A stretch of DNA of 64,000 nucleotides from an uncultured virus (IMG/VR IMGVR_UViG_3300042328_001905) (IMGVR_UViG_3300042328_001905), one strand, 5' to 3'. Counted from the first letter of the stretch, positions 17,690 to 29,044 are shown. Numbers and translations: made by a program. Notes: generated by a model from the letters alone, not told the origin.

Positions 17690-18850
17690 TTATTTTAATA
17701 ATGTTTTTGAGATTCTAGAAGCATAAGCAGCAATCAATGGATCAACAGCTTTAGTTTCTTTTTCTTCGTTTAAATTTACTACATCGTTTAAAGATTCGAT
17801 TGAAGCAGGTTTAACTGTTGCAACTGAGAAATAAGATTCTTTAATTGCTTCAATTTGATCAACAAAATCACTTTCGCTTACAAATTCTACGCTCTCTGCA
17901 ATAGTTTTAATTTTTTCAGCTTGAGATAATGTTAACCCTTCACATACAGAGTGAAGAGCTTCAACTTTCTTTTGTTCTGACAATTTTTGTTTCAAATCAA
18001 TGTTTTTTGTCATTTCTTCATTGACTTGTCTTTCTAATGCCTCTACTTTAGAAGCTAATTCTTCTACTACATCAAATTTTTCTTCAGGAATGTCGATATA
18101 GTGTTCTTCGAATACAGTTTTTAATGAATCAATAAAACCTTCAGCAATTTCAGTTCTTAAACCTGATTCTACTGCTAATTTATTTTCTTCCATCCAAGAT
18201 TCAGCAACGTAATCTAAATACTCATCAACTTTAGTTGCGAAATCTTCTTTCATTTCTTCATAAGCTTCTTCGAATTGAGCAACATATTGTGCTTCTAATT
18301 CTTCAGCCAATTCAGCAACTTTAGTTTTTACAGCTGCTTCAAAAATTGCTGTTGCTTTACGTTTAAATTCTTCAGAAAGATTTTCGCCAGCCATTAATGC
18401 TGCAATATCTTCGTTAGTTTCTTCTTCTTCTTCGTTAACAAATCCACCAGTTTTAGCGCCAGTTGGATTAACAGTTTTAGCAGGAGCTGATTTTAATTTT
18501 TTAGCAGCTTCTGGGTTGTTAGCTGAATCACCAGCAGGTTCTGTTGAAGTTTTACTTGGTATTTGGTCTACATCAGTATTTGAAATAGTTTTATTGGCTG
18601 GTTGTGCTGATAAATGCTGTCCTGCTTCAGACCCAACTGGTGGAGTTTGACCTGGGGGTGTAGCTGTTGGACCATTTACTGCAGGTTTTTCTAAACCTGG
18701 ATTACCTACATTTTGTGCAGAACCATGAATGGTATCATTCAATTTTTGACCTAAACCAAATGAATCTTGGCCAGAATCTTTAGATTTTCTGTTTGCATTC
18801 AAGATTTCCATTGCTGCTTCAGAAAGGTTTAAATTTTTATCTTGTGACAT
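17690..18850 (-). CDS. gp22: prohead core scaffold protein
   Basis: LSEEFKRKATAIFEAAV, YLDYVAESWMEEN; upstream of gp23. Confidence 0.92.
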   Translation of the reverse strand: MSQDKNLNLSEAAMEILNANRKSKDSGQDSFGLGQKLNDTIHGSAQNVGNPGLEKPAVNGPTATPPGQTPPVGSEAGQHLSAQPANKTISNTDVDQIPSKTSTEPAGDSANNPEAAKKLKSAPAKTVNPTGAKTGGFVNEEEEETNEDIAALMAGENLSEEFKRKATAIFEAAVKTKVAELAEELEAQYVAQFEEAYEEMKEDFATKVDEYLDYVAESWMEENKLAVESGLRTEIAEGFIDSLKTVFEEHYIDIPEEKFDVVEELASKVEALERQVNEEMTKNIDLKQKLSEQKKVEALHSVCEGLTLSQAEKIKTIAESVEFVSESDFVDQIEAIKESYFSVATVKPASIESLNDVVNLNEEKETKAVDPLIAAYASRISKTLLK

Positions 18851-18891
18851 TAAATATCTCCTTAATATTATTTAATAATTATTTATTAAAA

Positions 18892-19533
18892 TTATAATTT
18901 TCGTAAAAAGTTTTCAAATATTTGTAAAGCAACTGGTTCAACATCAGCAGCTTTAAGTTTTTTTAGCGTTTCTCTAGATTCTTCTAGATATTGCTCAACC
19001 CAACCTTTCCCTTCAATATACATCCATTCTTTACCTTCCATCAATCCTTCAACATAACAATCTTTACCAGATGGATCTAAAACAATATCAACTGTGACTA
19101 AACGAAAATCTGGTTGGACATATTTAATACCATTAGATTCTTTAATTGACCCCATACCACGAGTAGAAACGCCAAAATTTACACCAGCATCAATAAATGA
19201 TTTTACGATATTGCCATTTGGTGTATCTAAAATTGTAGCTTCACCGAAACAACGGTGATCATCAAAATCTAATTTTGTAATAAGATGAGATACTTTATCT
19301 GGATTAATTTGTGGACCTTCTGGGTGTGATAATTCACCTAAAGCTCTACGAGTATCAATATAATCTCTTTTATATCTAGCAACTTCAGGAAGCATATTTT
19401 CTTTTACATAAATTCTTCCGTTTCTATTTTGTTCATTGCAATGAATAAAATAACCTTTAATTGAATGTTGTTTTTTACCGCCAACTTCTTCCACAAGAAC
19501 ATCTGTCTCGGTAAATTCGTTTAACACTTTCAT
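18892..19533 (-). CDS. gp21: prohead protease
   Basis: NRNGRIY, ALGELSHP, VSHLI, GVSTRGMGS, DIVLDPS. Confidence 0.95.
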   Translation of the reverse strand: MKVLNEFTETDVLVEEVGGKKQHSIKGYFIHCNEQNRNGRIYVKENMLPEVARYKRDYIDTRRALGELSHPEGPQINPDKVSHLITKLDFDDHRCFGEATILDTPNGNIVKSFIDAGVNFGVSTRGMGSIKESNGIKYVQPDFRLVTVDIVLDPSGKDCYVEGLMEGKEWMYIEGKGWVEQYLEESRETLKKLKAADVEPVALQIFENFLRKL

Positions 19534-19946
19534 TGTTCTGTTAACTCCTGTTGTTGATCAGATTCCATTATATCTGATGTTATTTGTGCAGCTTGTTCTA
19601 ATACTTCTAGAAAACTTTTATCTGAGACAGTTAAATGTTCAATTACTTCTTCATTAGATTCAATAAAATTTAAAATTACATCAGCACATTCTTTATTTAT
19701 ATTCAACTCGGATAAGTCATCAAACAATATAGTTTGGGTATCATTATTCTCAGATATTTGATTTAATTTTTCAATCACAGCTTCTGTTGTATTTGAAAAT
19801 TGAGAACCATCTAATGGAATTGTTATATATTGATCTAAATGATCTGAATGATATAATGCAACTTGTTGTCCATTAGGGAATCTTTGGATAAATGTTCTCT
19901 TTAATACTAATACTTGTGGTAACTCTTTATGTTTTGATTTAGGCAT
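19530..19946 (-). CDS. probable prohead core protein (gp67/68 position)
   Basis: Start MPKSKH overlaps the gp20 end; PQVLVLKRTFIQRFPNGQQVALY; between gp20 and gp21. Confidence 0.65.
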   Translation of the reverse strand: MPKSKHKELPQVLVLKRTFIQRFPNGQQVALYHSDHLDQYITIPLDGSQFSNTTEAVIEKLNQISENNDTQTILFDDLSELNINKECADVILNFIESNEEVIEHLTVSDKSFLEVLEQAAQITSDIMESDQQQELTEQ

Positions 19947-21615
19947 TGTAGTAAGGATTATCTTGTTGATCAGAATCTGCATCAGCAGGTTTACTTTTTT
20001 TCTTAGCTGCAGGAGCTGCATCTTTATCTTGTTGGCCACCGTCATCTGGTTGTTGCGGTTGATCTCCACCTGGAATTGCATTAGGATCATCGCCTAACCC
20101 ACCCATCATTGTTGGATCATTCATTAATTTTGGATCAGGATATAATCCTTGTTCAATTTCGTCTGCAATTTCTTTTTGCATTTCTTCAATATCATCATCA
20201 TCAAATTGAAGAACATTTTTTTGTATCCATTTTTGTGAATAATATTTACCAACATATGGATCTAACATTGTTAAAACATTAACTCTGTTTTGTAATAATT
20301 GAGATTCTTTTAATTCCGCGTAATTATTATCTTTTTTGAAATCATAAAAAATATTTTGCTTGTATTCTTCAAATTCTTCTTCAGTACAAATACCTTTAAG
20401 GTAGCATTGAACTTTTAATGCTTGGTCAAATAAATCAGAAAATTTCAAACGAAGTCTGTTGATAAATTTATCAAATTTAATTTCATCTCGTGAAATTTGA
20501 TCTGAATTACCTACATCAAATGGCGTTTCTGGTTGTTCTAATCTAGAAAAAGGTACGCCAAGAGCCTTATATAATTTTTTCTCAAAATATTGAACCATTG
20601 ACATGTCATCAAATGCTGATGATGATGGTAATGTTGTAATTTCTGTTGATTTATTATCTGAGCGGCGAGGTAGCCAAAAATCTTCCATCATAGAAAGGTA
20701 TTTTCTATCATCTCTGACTTCGCCAGTATTAGCATCATAAACCACTTTATTTTTATATTTTGTCATAATATCTTTTAGATATTGTTCTGCTTTCATTTTA
20801 GGCAGATTACCAACATCAATATAAAAAATCCTGCGCTCTGGTGCTCTAGAAACTTTGTAAATGACCGTAGCGTCTTCGATCATTCTAAGTTGATTTAAAG
20901 GTTTAATTGCTTTATGTAGATAACTTAAGATAATAGATCTTTTTGAATCTAATAAACCAGATGTTACGGCAATGATTGAATCTGGAGCAATCCTTAAACC
21001 TGAATTCGATAAATTTGATTTTGTTGATATAACTTCAGAGTAGATATAATATTCTTGATAACCCTGTACTATATCATAACCAGTAATTTGATCTTTAACT
21101 TTTTTTAATTCACGGATTTTGGTTAATTTTCTTGGGTCAGTATATCTTAATTCTTGAATTCCTGCAGCCGTATTATCCTTATCTAAAATAATATTATAAT
21201 ACAATCTACCATCAACATAAAAACGTCTAAAAATATCCTGACCTAAATTTTTAAAATTTAATAGTGTCAGGATATTTTCAAATTCTTCTTCAATAGCATT
21301 TTTTACTTTTGGAGATACTTTTACTTTGTCTAAATCAATTTCAACTGCGCTTTCTTCTTCTTGGATAATTGCTTCGTTGATAATATCATCAACTGCGCTT
21401 TCAATTTCAGGTTGCATAGCCATTTCACGATATCGAGTAATCAACTCAACATCATTTTTGTAATTAGAATCTAAATCAATACTTGTACCATAATGTGCTG
21501 CAGCAGTGATAGTTACTGCACCATCATCAAGTACTGGTGGTGAAAAAGAAGGTAGCACTTCCTGTGCTGGTGTATCTTTCCCTAATTTAAATCCGAATAA
21601 TGAAAATTTAGCCAA
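19939..21615 (-). CDS. gp20: portal protein (TTG start)
   Basis: SYLHKAIKPLNQLRMIEDA, RAPERRIFYIDVGNLPK, EDFWLPRR. Confidence 0.97.
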   Translation of the reverse strand: MAKFSLFGFKLGKDTPAQEVLPSFSPPVLDDGAVTITAAAHYGTSIDLDSNYKNDVELITRYREMAMQPEIESAVDDIINEAIIQEEESAVEIDLDKVKVSPKVKNAIEEEFENILTLLNFKNLGQDIFRRFYVDGRLYYNIILDKDNTAAGIQELRYTDPRKLTKIRELKKVKDQITGYDIVQGYQEYYIYSEVISTKSNLSNSGLRIAPDSIIAVTSGLLDSKRSIILSYLHKAIKPLNQLRMIEDATVIYKVSRAPERRIFYIDVGNLPKMKAEQYLKDIMTKYKNKVVYDANTGEVRDDRKYLSMMEDFWLPRRSDNKSTEITTLPSSSAFDDMSMVQYFEKKLYKALGVPFSRLEQPETPFDVGNSDQISRDEIKFDKFINRLRLKFSDLFDQALKVQCYLKGICTEEEFEEYKQNIFYDFKKDNNYAELKESQLLQNRVNVLTMLDPYVGKYYSQKWIQKNVLQFDDDDIEEMQKEIADEIEQGLYPDPKLMNDPTMMGGLGDDPNAIPGGDQPQQPDDGGQQDKDAAPAAKKKSKPADADSDQQDNPYYNA

Positions 21616-21656
21616 AATAATTTACCTTTAATTTGATAGTATAATAATTATATATA

Positions 21657-22196
21657 TTAAGATACTGAATCGGATTCCCAATATTGATATGAGAATGTTA
21701 CACCGAATTCCTCAATTCTGTCATTTGAACCCCATTCAACTTGAATTGGATCAACAGTATTAGGGAATAAACCAACAAATTTATATGTTTTAATTGGTAA
21801 CCCAGTTTTAGAATATTGTGTTACGGTAGCATCAGCAGTATATAACTGTGAATTGATTGCACCAGCAGCACGAACATTTTGTGAATGACTATTTAATTTA
21901 TCAGACCATTTTTCAAATGCATTTCTAATACTAAAATCTTCGTCATTGATTACTGAAATATTCCAATCTGGGAATTGTCTATCTCCAGCAAATTTTACTT
22001 GACGACCAAAATAAAACTGACTTGCAACACCAACAATTGATGGTGGTAATGTCGCTGCATGTGCCATAAATGTTAACTTTTGTGAAGCAATTGGTGAACT
22101 AGCAACTGTTGGAAATGTTAAAGACACTGAAAATAAATTAGGTCTTGCACCATCACCAAGCATTGCTGCTCTAAATTCTGCAATATTGAACGCCAT
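21657..22196 (-). CDS. gp19: tail tube protein
   Basis: GARPNLF, GRQVKFAGDRQF, IEEFGVTFSYQYW; late promoter at 22239-22246. Confidence 0.95.
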   Translation of the reverse strand: MAFNIAEFRAAMLGDGARPNLFSVSLTFPTVASSPIASQKLTFMAHAATLPPSIVGVASQFYFGRQVKFAGDRQFPDWNISVINDEDFSIRNAFEKWSDKLNSHSQNVRAAGAINSQLYTADATVTQYSKTGLPIKTYKFVGLFPNTVDPIQVEWGSNDRIEEFGVTFSYQYWESDSVS

Positions 22197-22249
22197 GTTC
22201 GGATACTCCTTGTTGAAAAACGTAAAAATTCTTTATAATATTTATATAA

Positions 22250-22276
22250 TCTTGGTGGAGATTTACTCCACCAAGA
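22250..22276. terminator. stem-loop between gp18 and gp19
   Basis: TCTTGGTGGAG-ATTTA-CTCCACCAAGA perfect inverted repeat. Confidence 0.6.
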
Positions 22277-22288
22277 ATTTGAGTTTAA

Positions 22289-24175
22289 TTAAAATTTACC
22301 AGCAATTTCACTGAATTCAACGCCAGTACGAACTGCTACGAAATTCAATTGGATAAAGTTAATAGATCTAGCAGGTTTAATGTAAATATCACCAACAAAT
22401 CTATTAGTATCAATAACTTCAGGTGTGTTATTTGTTTCGTCGCAAACAACTTTGAAGTCATAAATACCTCTACGACCTTTAACATCTCTTAAGAATGGTT
22501 CAACCATAGCAACAAATTGAGCTCTTGTGAATTGATCATTAAATTCAAACAATGAGTATTTTGCTGCAGTAGCAATTGCTTTTTCAAGAACAATAAACAA
22601 TCTACGAACATTAATACGATCAAATGCACTAGCTTTAGCTTGTAAAGTTTTATCTCCATAAAGAATAATACCTTCTCCTGGAAATGCACAAACTGGATTA
22701 ATTCCATTTTTGTACAATTCATCACGCTGAGTCTTTGATGGATTCCAAGACAATTTAATTGCATTCATTACTTGGCCACGATTGAACCCAGCAGGTGACC
22801 ACCATGGATCTCTTAAATTATCAGTTCTAGCACATAAACCAGCTGTATCCGCATTTAATGGTACATAGCGGTATTTATTGTTATATTTATCAAATTGATA
22901 TTTCCATCCGCTATCCATTACACCATAAGATGTTGATGGAGATAATGAATTTCTATATGAAATAATATTGTCAACATCTACTGCAGAAACTGCATCTGTT
23001 CTTAGAGGCGATAAGAAAGCGACACAATCTTTACGTGTAAATGATAAATTCAATAATTTATCTGCAACAGTTAAATCAGCATCGCCAGCAATTAATAATG
23101 AAATATCAACTTCATCTGGGTTGCTGAATAAATCATATGCATTTACAATTGCGTCGTCGCCAACATTTCCGTCTTGACCGCCTGATAATTTTACTGAAAG
23201 GTTATTAGTGACATCAAAAGTAGTGCCTGATGCATCAACACCCCAATCAGTTGCTGTTGTTGGGTGGTCAGCAATGTAAATATATTTTGATTCGTTGAAA
23301 ATTCTTGTTACATAGTAATTTGGTGAACCATCATCAGTTTTTGCATCTCCAGCTTTAGAAACATGTGCAAATTTTTCTAATACAGTTCCGCGATCCCCTG
23401 TAAATTTACCATCTGTATCAACAACAATAACGTGTAATTCATCATTAACAGCACCTTTAGAAGATCCATATATAGATGTTCCTGGAGCGCTATCGAATTG
23501 ATCAGCATATTGCCATTTTACTGATGCTGACCCAAGAGTAACGTTTGCGGTTGCATCAGATGACAGATATAAAGTGGTAGTACCAGTTGCGTATGTACCA
23601 ACAGTTGAAATTGTATAATCTGTTCCACCAACGGTGACAATATCGTTTGCGAAAATATTTCCTGTAACATTTGCTGTTACATACGCAACATTTGAATTTG
23701 TTACAGTGTTAGCTGTTAATCCAGTTCTCTTAAATGCAAGAGGGTTTGAACACATCGCAATAGATAATGTATTACCTAATGCACCAGCATAACGGGCATA
23801 ATATTGTCCATATTTAGTTTGTGTTTCTACAGAATATGATAATTCATATTCGGATTCATTATCAATGTTTACCCCAATACCCAATGTATTAGCAGTGGCA
23901 TTTAATGTAGATGAATTATTCGCTGCACGAACGACTCTTAAATTGTTTGTGTATGCTAAAAAATTAGCAGCAGAGAAAAATGATGTAAAGTTTGAATCGG
24001 TTGGTTTACCGAAAGTTGATACTAATTTATTCTCAGAATCAATTAAAGTTCTGACATTAGCTGGTCCCCAGCCAAATATACCTGCAAATCCACCAATTGA
24101 GGTGCTAACGGCAGGAACAACATTAGTTAAATCAATTTCGGAAACATTAACACCTGGTGATAATTGAAACGCCAT
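22289..24175 (-). CDS. gp18: tail sheath protein
   Basis: SPGVNVSEID, WWSPAGFNRG, FDRINVRRLF, KPARSINFIQLNF; late promoter at 24224-24231. Confidence 0.97.
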   Translation of the reverse strand: MAFQLSPGVNVSEIDLTNVVPAVSTSIGGFAGIFGWGPANVRTLIDSENKLVSTFGKPTDSNFTSFFSAANFLAYTNNLRVVRAANNSSTLNATANTLGIGVNIDNESEYELSYSVETQTKYGQYYARYAGALGNTLSIAMCSNPLAFKRTGLTANTVTNSNVAYVTANVTGNIFANDIVTVGGTDYTISTVGTYATGTTTLYLSSDATANVTLGSASVKWQYADQFDSAPGTSIYGSSKGAVNDELHVIVVDTDGKFTGDRGTVLEKFAHVSKAGDAKTDDGSPNYYVTRIFNESKYIYIADHPTTATDWGVDASGTTFDVTNNLSVKLSGGQDGNVGDDAIVNAYDLFSNPDEVDISLLIAGDADLTVADKLLNLSFTRKDCVAFLSPLRTDAVSAVDVDNIISYRNSLSPSTSYGVMDSGWKYQFDKYNNKYRYVPLNADTAGLCARTDNLRDPWWSPAGFNRGQVMNAIKLSWNPSKTQRDELYKNGINPVCAFPGEGIILYGDKTLQAKASAFDRINVRRLFIVLEKAIATAAKYSLFEFNDQFTRAQFVAMVEPFLRDVKGRRGIYDFKVVCDETNNTPEVIDTNRFVGDIYIKPARSINFIQLNFVAVRTGVEFSEIAGKF

Positions 24176-24248
24176 AAATAATACTCCTTGTTATAAAAAT
24201 AGAAATTCAGTTTTCATAGAGATTATTTATAATATTTAACCTTTTTGT

Positions 24249-25961
24249 TTAGAAGTAATATTCGACACTTTCTACGGTTTCCCATAAATCACCATCTTCA
24301 AGAGTATATTTTTCTGGAACAGAACTTTGGAATTCCATCATAGGAGGAACATCATATTCTTCTTCTTTAACGTAATTATTTTCTATCTGTAATCTTTTAC
24401 GAATATCAGTTGAAGATAATTCAATAAATAATTTTTGAGTTGTCAACCAAGCAAAAATAACTAAGGTCATTGCTAAGTCATCATTTGCTCCTTCTTCAGC
24501 AGCAAATGAATTATTAGTAGCAATAAATCTGGTTAACTCATATATTGTATCACCAGAATTTAATTGAAGTTTATCAGTTTCAATTAATGTTTTTAATGTA
24601 GTACAACCAACACGTTTTACTAATGGGCTCATATTAAGACCATTTTGTGTTGCTTTTCCGCTTTCGCTTATTTGTTGAGCTTTTTTATTACCTGCATAAA
24701 CCTTTAATACGTTCTCATATTCTAAATCTTGGTACAACGTATCAGCAACTGTTGGATTATTATTAATCTCAATTAGAACATGAGCGTTATTATAATACTC
24801 AGCGCAATGTTTAATAATATCAGGGAATAGCATTGGATGCAATTGATTATTTCTATATGTTGCTACCTGTTTGTACGGGATAGTAGAAATATCAAAAATT
24901 GAGAATGCAGCATAGTCTAAATTTTTACCCTCTGAAACATCCACTGTCATAGCATAGATATGATCTTTATCTATTTGTTTTTTGGTTTCGTCGTCAAATG
25001 ATTCTTTAACGGGTGGGATAAAAATATCCATCTCAGCAGGAAGAGCAATGCCGTTAAACATTGTATCATCTGGATCAATTGGGTCTATTGCAACAAGTGC
25101 TTGTAATTTTGAACCATCAATTAATGTATTTGTAGAACCTAAGAATTCGCAACCAAATTCTTGGTTAAATTGACGTTGTGATGTATTACGAATGGTTTTC
25201 TCTTTCCATTCTTCATCACGACCTGGAACTCTTGACCAATGAATATCAACCGCAAAATAATCGCTTTTCTTGTTAACGGCATCCATCCACATTTTGTAAT
25301 ATAAGTTCATGCCACGAGGAGTAGATACAATAATAATTTTAGTAGTTTTACCTGAAGAGATTACCGGATAGGTTGAAGTAAAGAATTCTTCTGCAAGATT
25401 GTTGTGAACGTGAGCAAACTCGTCCATAAACACAAGGTTGAATGATCCACCACGAACAGAACTGGCGGCAGTAGAAGCAGCTAATAATTTTGAGCCATTT
25501 TCTAATTCAACTGAACCTTTGTTCCATATTACAACACCTTGTTGTAACCACATAGGTAAATTTTCATACGCTAATTGGTATCGCGATAAAATATCAACTG
25601 CTAGAGATTTTTTGTTAGCAGTAATAGCAATGCTATATCGTTCAGTGAATAGAGATAACCAGAGAAGATAACCAACAGATGTTGTGGTTTTACCTGACTG
25701 ACGACCAATACGGACAATAGAAAACCGATTATTATGGAATGCATTGACCATTTCTTCTTGATAATCATGCATATCAAAAAGAACTAGACCCTCATCAAGA
25801 TTGATAATTTTTACATAATTGCGAATAAAGTAAATTGGGTCAAGAATACATTTGCGCATTTCATCTTTTTGCCAATCTTCATACTCCCAATTAGTAATCC
25901 CATTACGCCTTAAATTGGGATTATCTCTATAATATAATTTACCTTCTTCGAAATCTAACAT
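24249..25961 (-). CDS. gp17: terminase large subunit
   Basis: RQSGKTT Walker A, FMDEFA Walker B, VSTPRG, QEFGCEF, NDDLAM. Confidence 0.97.
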   Translation of the reverse strand: MLDFEEGKLYYRDNPNLRRNGITNWEYEDWQKDEMRKCILDPIYFIRNYVKIINLDEGLVLFDMHDYQEEMVNAFHNNRFSIVRIGRQSGKTTTSVGYLLWLSLFTERYSIAITANKKSLAVDILSRYQLAYENLPMWLQQGVVIWNKGSVELENGSKLLAASTAASSVRGGSFNLVFMDEFAHVHNNLAEEFFTSTYPVISSGKTTKIIIVSTPRGMNLYYKMWMDAVNKKSDYFAVDIHWSRVPGRDEEWKEKTIRNTSQRQFNQEFGCEFLGSTNTLIDGSKLQALVAIDPIDPDDTMFNGIALPAEMDIFIPPVKESFDDETKKQIDKDHIYAMTVDVSEGKNLDYAAFSIFDISTIPYKQVATYRNNQLHPMLFPDIIKHCAEYYNNAHVLIEINNNPTVADTLYQDLEYENVLKVYAGNKKAQQISESGKATQNGLNMSPLVKRVGCTTLKTLIETDKLQLNSGDTIYELTRFIATNNSFAAEEGANDDLAMTLVIFAWLTTQKLFIELSSTDIRKRLQIENNYVKEEEYDVPPMMEFQSSVPEKYTLEDGDLWETVESVEYYF

Positions 25962-26392
25962 TATTCGCTCATTTCATCTTTTATAGATTTAATAAAGTCT
26001 TTTCCTGAACCAACAAAAACGGCATTTTTTATATTTTGGGTAAGGTTTTCTTTCTTACCTGTAATATCACGCATTTTCTTTTGTATTTCAAGCAATTCTT
26101 TTGATGCATCAACAACGGTTTTAATCATGTTACCTGCGACTTCGAAATCTCGAGCCTTCTCGGACTGCCTAGCAATCGCAAGCATATCATCAATAGCTTC
26201 TGTACCTTTAGAGATTAACGAGTCTATATTATCCCGAGTCTTCTCGTAATCGGTCTTTAAATCGTGGTCTAACACTACTGAGAGCTCTAGATTAGATTCC
26301 CTAGGAATATATTCCTGGAGTTCATTATCAAACACATCTTCCAATGGAGTAACATTAAAAATATCTTCCATTGTTTTATTAAATTTGCTCAT
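25961..26392 (-). CDS. gp16: terminase small subunit
   Basis: DYEKTRDN, ARDFEVAGNMIK, NAVFVGS. Confidence 0.9.
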   Translation of the reverse strand: MSKFNKTMEDIFNVTPLEDVFDNELQEYIPRESNLELSVVLDHDLKTDYEKTRDNIDSLISKGTEAIDDMLAIARQSEKARDFEVAGNMIKTVVDASKELLEIQKKMRDITGKKENLTQNIKNAVFVGSGKDFIKSIKDEMSE

Positions 26393-26395
26393 AAT

Positions 26396-27379
26396 TTAGG
26401 TTGAATAATCGTTTATAACAATATTATAATCATATGGTCCATCAACAGGATATGTGTCTGGGTCAGGAGTAATTATAGAACTAAATGCTAACCCAGAATC
26501 TGGAGTAGATAAAATATTATATGTTGCGGTTGATCTTAAATTTGAAATTGCAGAATTTGCAACAAATTTCCCTCTTTGTATAGAAATATTCAATTTATTT
26601 GTATTAGGGTTCCAAGATTTCACCACTCCAGCTCCACTGGCTCTATCATACGATAAACCTTGGAAAACACTTTCACCAATAATAAATGAACCATTACCGG
26701 AATTTAATGTGTATTCATTTTGAGAAGAAGGGACCATAATATTTGTTTCAGCTTGAAGAATTGGTTTTGCGTATCTTGGTGGTTGATATATATAACTTCT
26801 TGCTATAAAATTTAATGTTCTAAACACTGATCTAACAGGTTCATCAAACGAACCTGTTGAATTTTGTTCTTCAGATTCACCCATAAAAGTAATAGGAACA
26901 TTTTTTGTGATCCCAGCTTCGGGAACAAAATTTAATTTCATATTATAATCAGGATAGAAAAATGGTAAGATATATTCCATTATTTGGTTAGCATCTTCAA
27001 CATTTCTTGTGTATAACACTATTTCGAAATTAAAATTATAGGGTAATGGAGAATTAACATAAACTGTACCATTAGAAGAACATCCAACAATTTTATTTGA
27101 ATGGTTTGTTCTTCTTGATGGGTCATATGTCATATTAACTAAACCATATTCAATCCTTGGTAATGTTACTTGAACTTTCTCGTGAGAAATATCTTGTCGC
27201 TTAACATATTTCTCTTTATCTCCATATATAATTGGAACTTTTATTTTATCAATTTCATTTCCGTTCTCATCATATTTTATGAACGGAATATCTTTAAACA
27301 AACTCGCGAATGCAACTGTTGTTTTTCTGATTGCTTGTAATCTACTATTTAAAGCTGGTGCATTTGTTGGTGGGTACAT
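26396..27379 (-). CDS. gp15: tail sheath stabilizer / terminator
   Basis: IKVPIIYGDKEK, LPRI, PLPYNFNFE, QIMEYILPFFYP. Confidence 0.9.
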   Translation of the reverse strand: MYPPTNAPALNSRLQAIRKTTVAFASLFKDIPFIKYDENGNEIDKIKVPIIYGDKEKYVKRQDISHEKVQVTLPRIEYGLVNMTYDPSRRTNHSNKIVGCSSNGTVYVNSPLPYNFNFEIVLYTRNVEDANQIMEYILPFFYPDYNMKLNFVPEAGITKNVPITFMGESEEQNSTGSFDEPVRSVFRTLNFIARSYIYQPPRYAKPILQAETNIMVPSSQNEYTLNSGNGSFIIGESVFQGLSYDRASGAGVVKSWNPNTNKLNISIQRGKFVANSAISNLRSTATYNILSTPDSGLAFSSIITPDPDTYPVDGPYDYNIVINDYST

Positions 27380-27388
27380 TTTTATTCT

Positions 27389-28264
27389 TTAATAGTAAGT
27401 TAAACTTCCGAATGGGTTATCTTTTGTCTTATCAACAAAATCAACAACTTCTTTTAATATTGGTACATTATCAAATTGGGAACCAAGAGTCAATGAATCA
27501 ACTGTTGTTAGAGAATATGTAGCATTACTTGATGCTCCTCTAATCAATAAATTAGAAGTGTTTGAGAATTCCCCTGATACATCATATATTGTTAAAATTG
27601 TATTTGCAGAATCCCACGCAGCAACTTCTGCTGATGCAATATGTGAATTAGAATTCCCCTGATAAATAATTTCACCAACAGTAAAATTACCAATTCCACT
27701 ATGGACATCAAGGGTAGTTTTATATGCTTCTAATGTTTCAATAACATCAATTTCTTCAATACCTGTATCAATATTTTCATCATTGTATTTAAATGGTTCA
27801 AGAGATAATTCATAATAAAAAGGTCTAACCCGACCTAATGTATATAAATCTTTTGATGTATTAACAAATTTAATTTCAAACAATTCTCCATTATTTTTCA
27901 TAAAAGGGATAAAAATTAAATCTCCTTCTAATGGCCTTTCAAAAATTTGTTGGGTTTGTTTATTAAATTCTTTAAATGTAAATTGGATTTTAGTTTGGTT
28001 TCTGACTTCTAGGCCAAATTTAGAGAAAAAATCTTGTTCGTCACCGTAATCCATTGTATTCACTAGATACATATCAAGTTTATATGCAACTGTAAATGCT
28101 TTTAAAGGATCGTCTCCATATATTAAATCTCGCGCTTCAGTATTCGTATTTGGGATATAATAACCGGAGAATCCTTGCATATAGATTGCTTCATTGTATA
28201 AATCTTCAACTAGATTTATCTCTATTGCAGGTTGACCGTAATTTTGAAAATATTTACTTGGCAT
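27389..28264 (-). CDS. gp14: neck protein
   Basis: FFSKFGLEVR, RPLEGDLIFIP, LFEIKFV, IDTGIEEID. Confidence 0.92.
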   Translation of the reverse strand: MPSKYFQNYGQPAIEINLVEDLYNEAIYMQGFSGYYIPNTNTEARDLIYGDDPLKAFTVAYKLDMYLVNTMDYGDEQDFFSKFGLEVRNQTKIQFTFKEFNKQTQQIFERPLEGDLIFIPFMKNNGELFEIKFVNTSKDLYTLGRVRPFYYELSLEPFKYNDENIDTGIEEIDVIETLEAYKTTLDVHSGIGNFTVGEIIYQGNSNSHIASAEVAAWDSANTILTIYDVSGEFSNTSNLLIRGASSNATYSLTTVDSLTLGSQFDNVPILKEVVDFVDKTKDNPFGSLTYY

Positions 28265-28267
28265 ATA

Positions 28268-29014
28268 TTATCCGATCATAAATTGAACAGGTAATTCATA
28301 TCTATCTTGCATCTCGCTTTCTAATTTTTCAATTTCTTGAGAAGCTTCATCAAATGTTTCTTTACCGTTTAATGTTAGTCCACCTGGTAATTGTATTCCG
28401 CCAAATTTTTTCATATTTTCTCCCCATTGACGTTTAAACAATGCTGTGACATATTGTTTTAGCCAACGATCATTATATACGCTTTCATAAGTTTCTGGAT
28501 CAATTACTTTGTAACCTTCTGCAACAACCATCATTCCTATAGGTGATTGTGGTGTTCCCCATGCCCAATCAGGGTATAATCTATGGGTATGGCGTTGGAA
28601 TCTAATCGGAATTTCGCCAGTAAACATTAATTCCAAATTTCTAAGATGTTGCATTGTAATATTGAAATTTGTATATGATGTTGATGTGAAATCATATAAT
28701 TCATGTAATCGCAATTGATATCTCAAATCAAACATATTTGATTTTGTGATAGTATCATTTAAAGGAAAAATTCTAGTAATACCTAAAATACCTGGATCAA
28801 CATCGAAATATCTTTGATCAATATCTTTTTGTGTGATAACGTGTTGCCAATAAAATAACTCAGTAGCGTCATAGTGATAATCTTGGTAGAATTGAAGAGC
28901 GTCATCAATTCTATCTTCTAGTTGATCATCATCAACGTTTATTTTGATTACTGGTGCACCTAAACGTCTAAGACAATAATCTTTCAATTCGCTTCTAGAT
29001 GTTATTTCAGCCAC
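28268..29014 (-). CDS. gp13: neck protein (GTG start)
   Basis: LKDYCLRRLGAPVIKINV, QWGENMKKFGGIQLPGG. Confidence 0.95.
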   Translation of the reverse strand: MAEITSRSELKDYCLRRLGAPVIKINVDDDQLEDRIDDALQFYQDYHYDATELFYWQHVITQKDIDQRYFDVDPGILGITRIFPLNDTITKSNMFDLRYQLRLHELYDFTSTSYTNFNITMQHLRNLELMFTGEIPIRFQRHTHRLYPDWAWGTPQSPIGMMVVAEGYKVIDPETYESVYNDRWLKQYVTALFKRQWGENMKKFGGIQLPGGLTLNGKETFDEASQEIEKLESEMQDRYELPVQFMIG

Positions 29015-29044
29015 ATTTAACCCTCGTTTTAATAAAATTTACAA

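Noticed and set aside
19947..20090. N-terminal extension of ORF 19530..20090
   Set aside because: Overlaps the gp20 C-terminus in another frame; the ATG at 19946 is the more plausible start
24249..25961. Intein or intron in the terminase, a common insertion target
   Set aside because: The ORF is continuous, of normal length, with no Hint motifs
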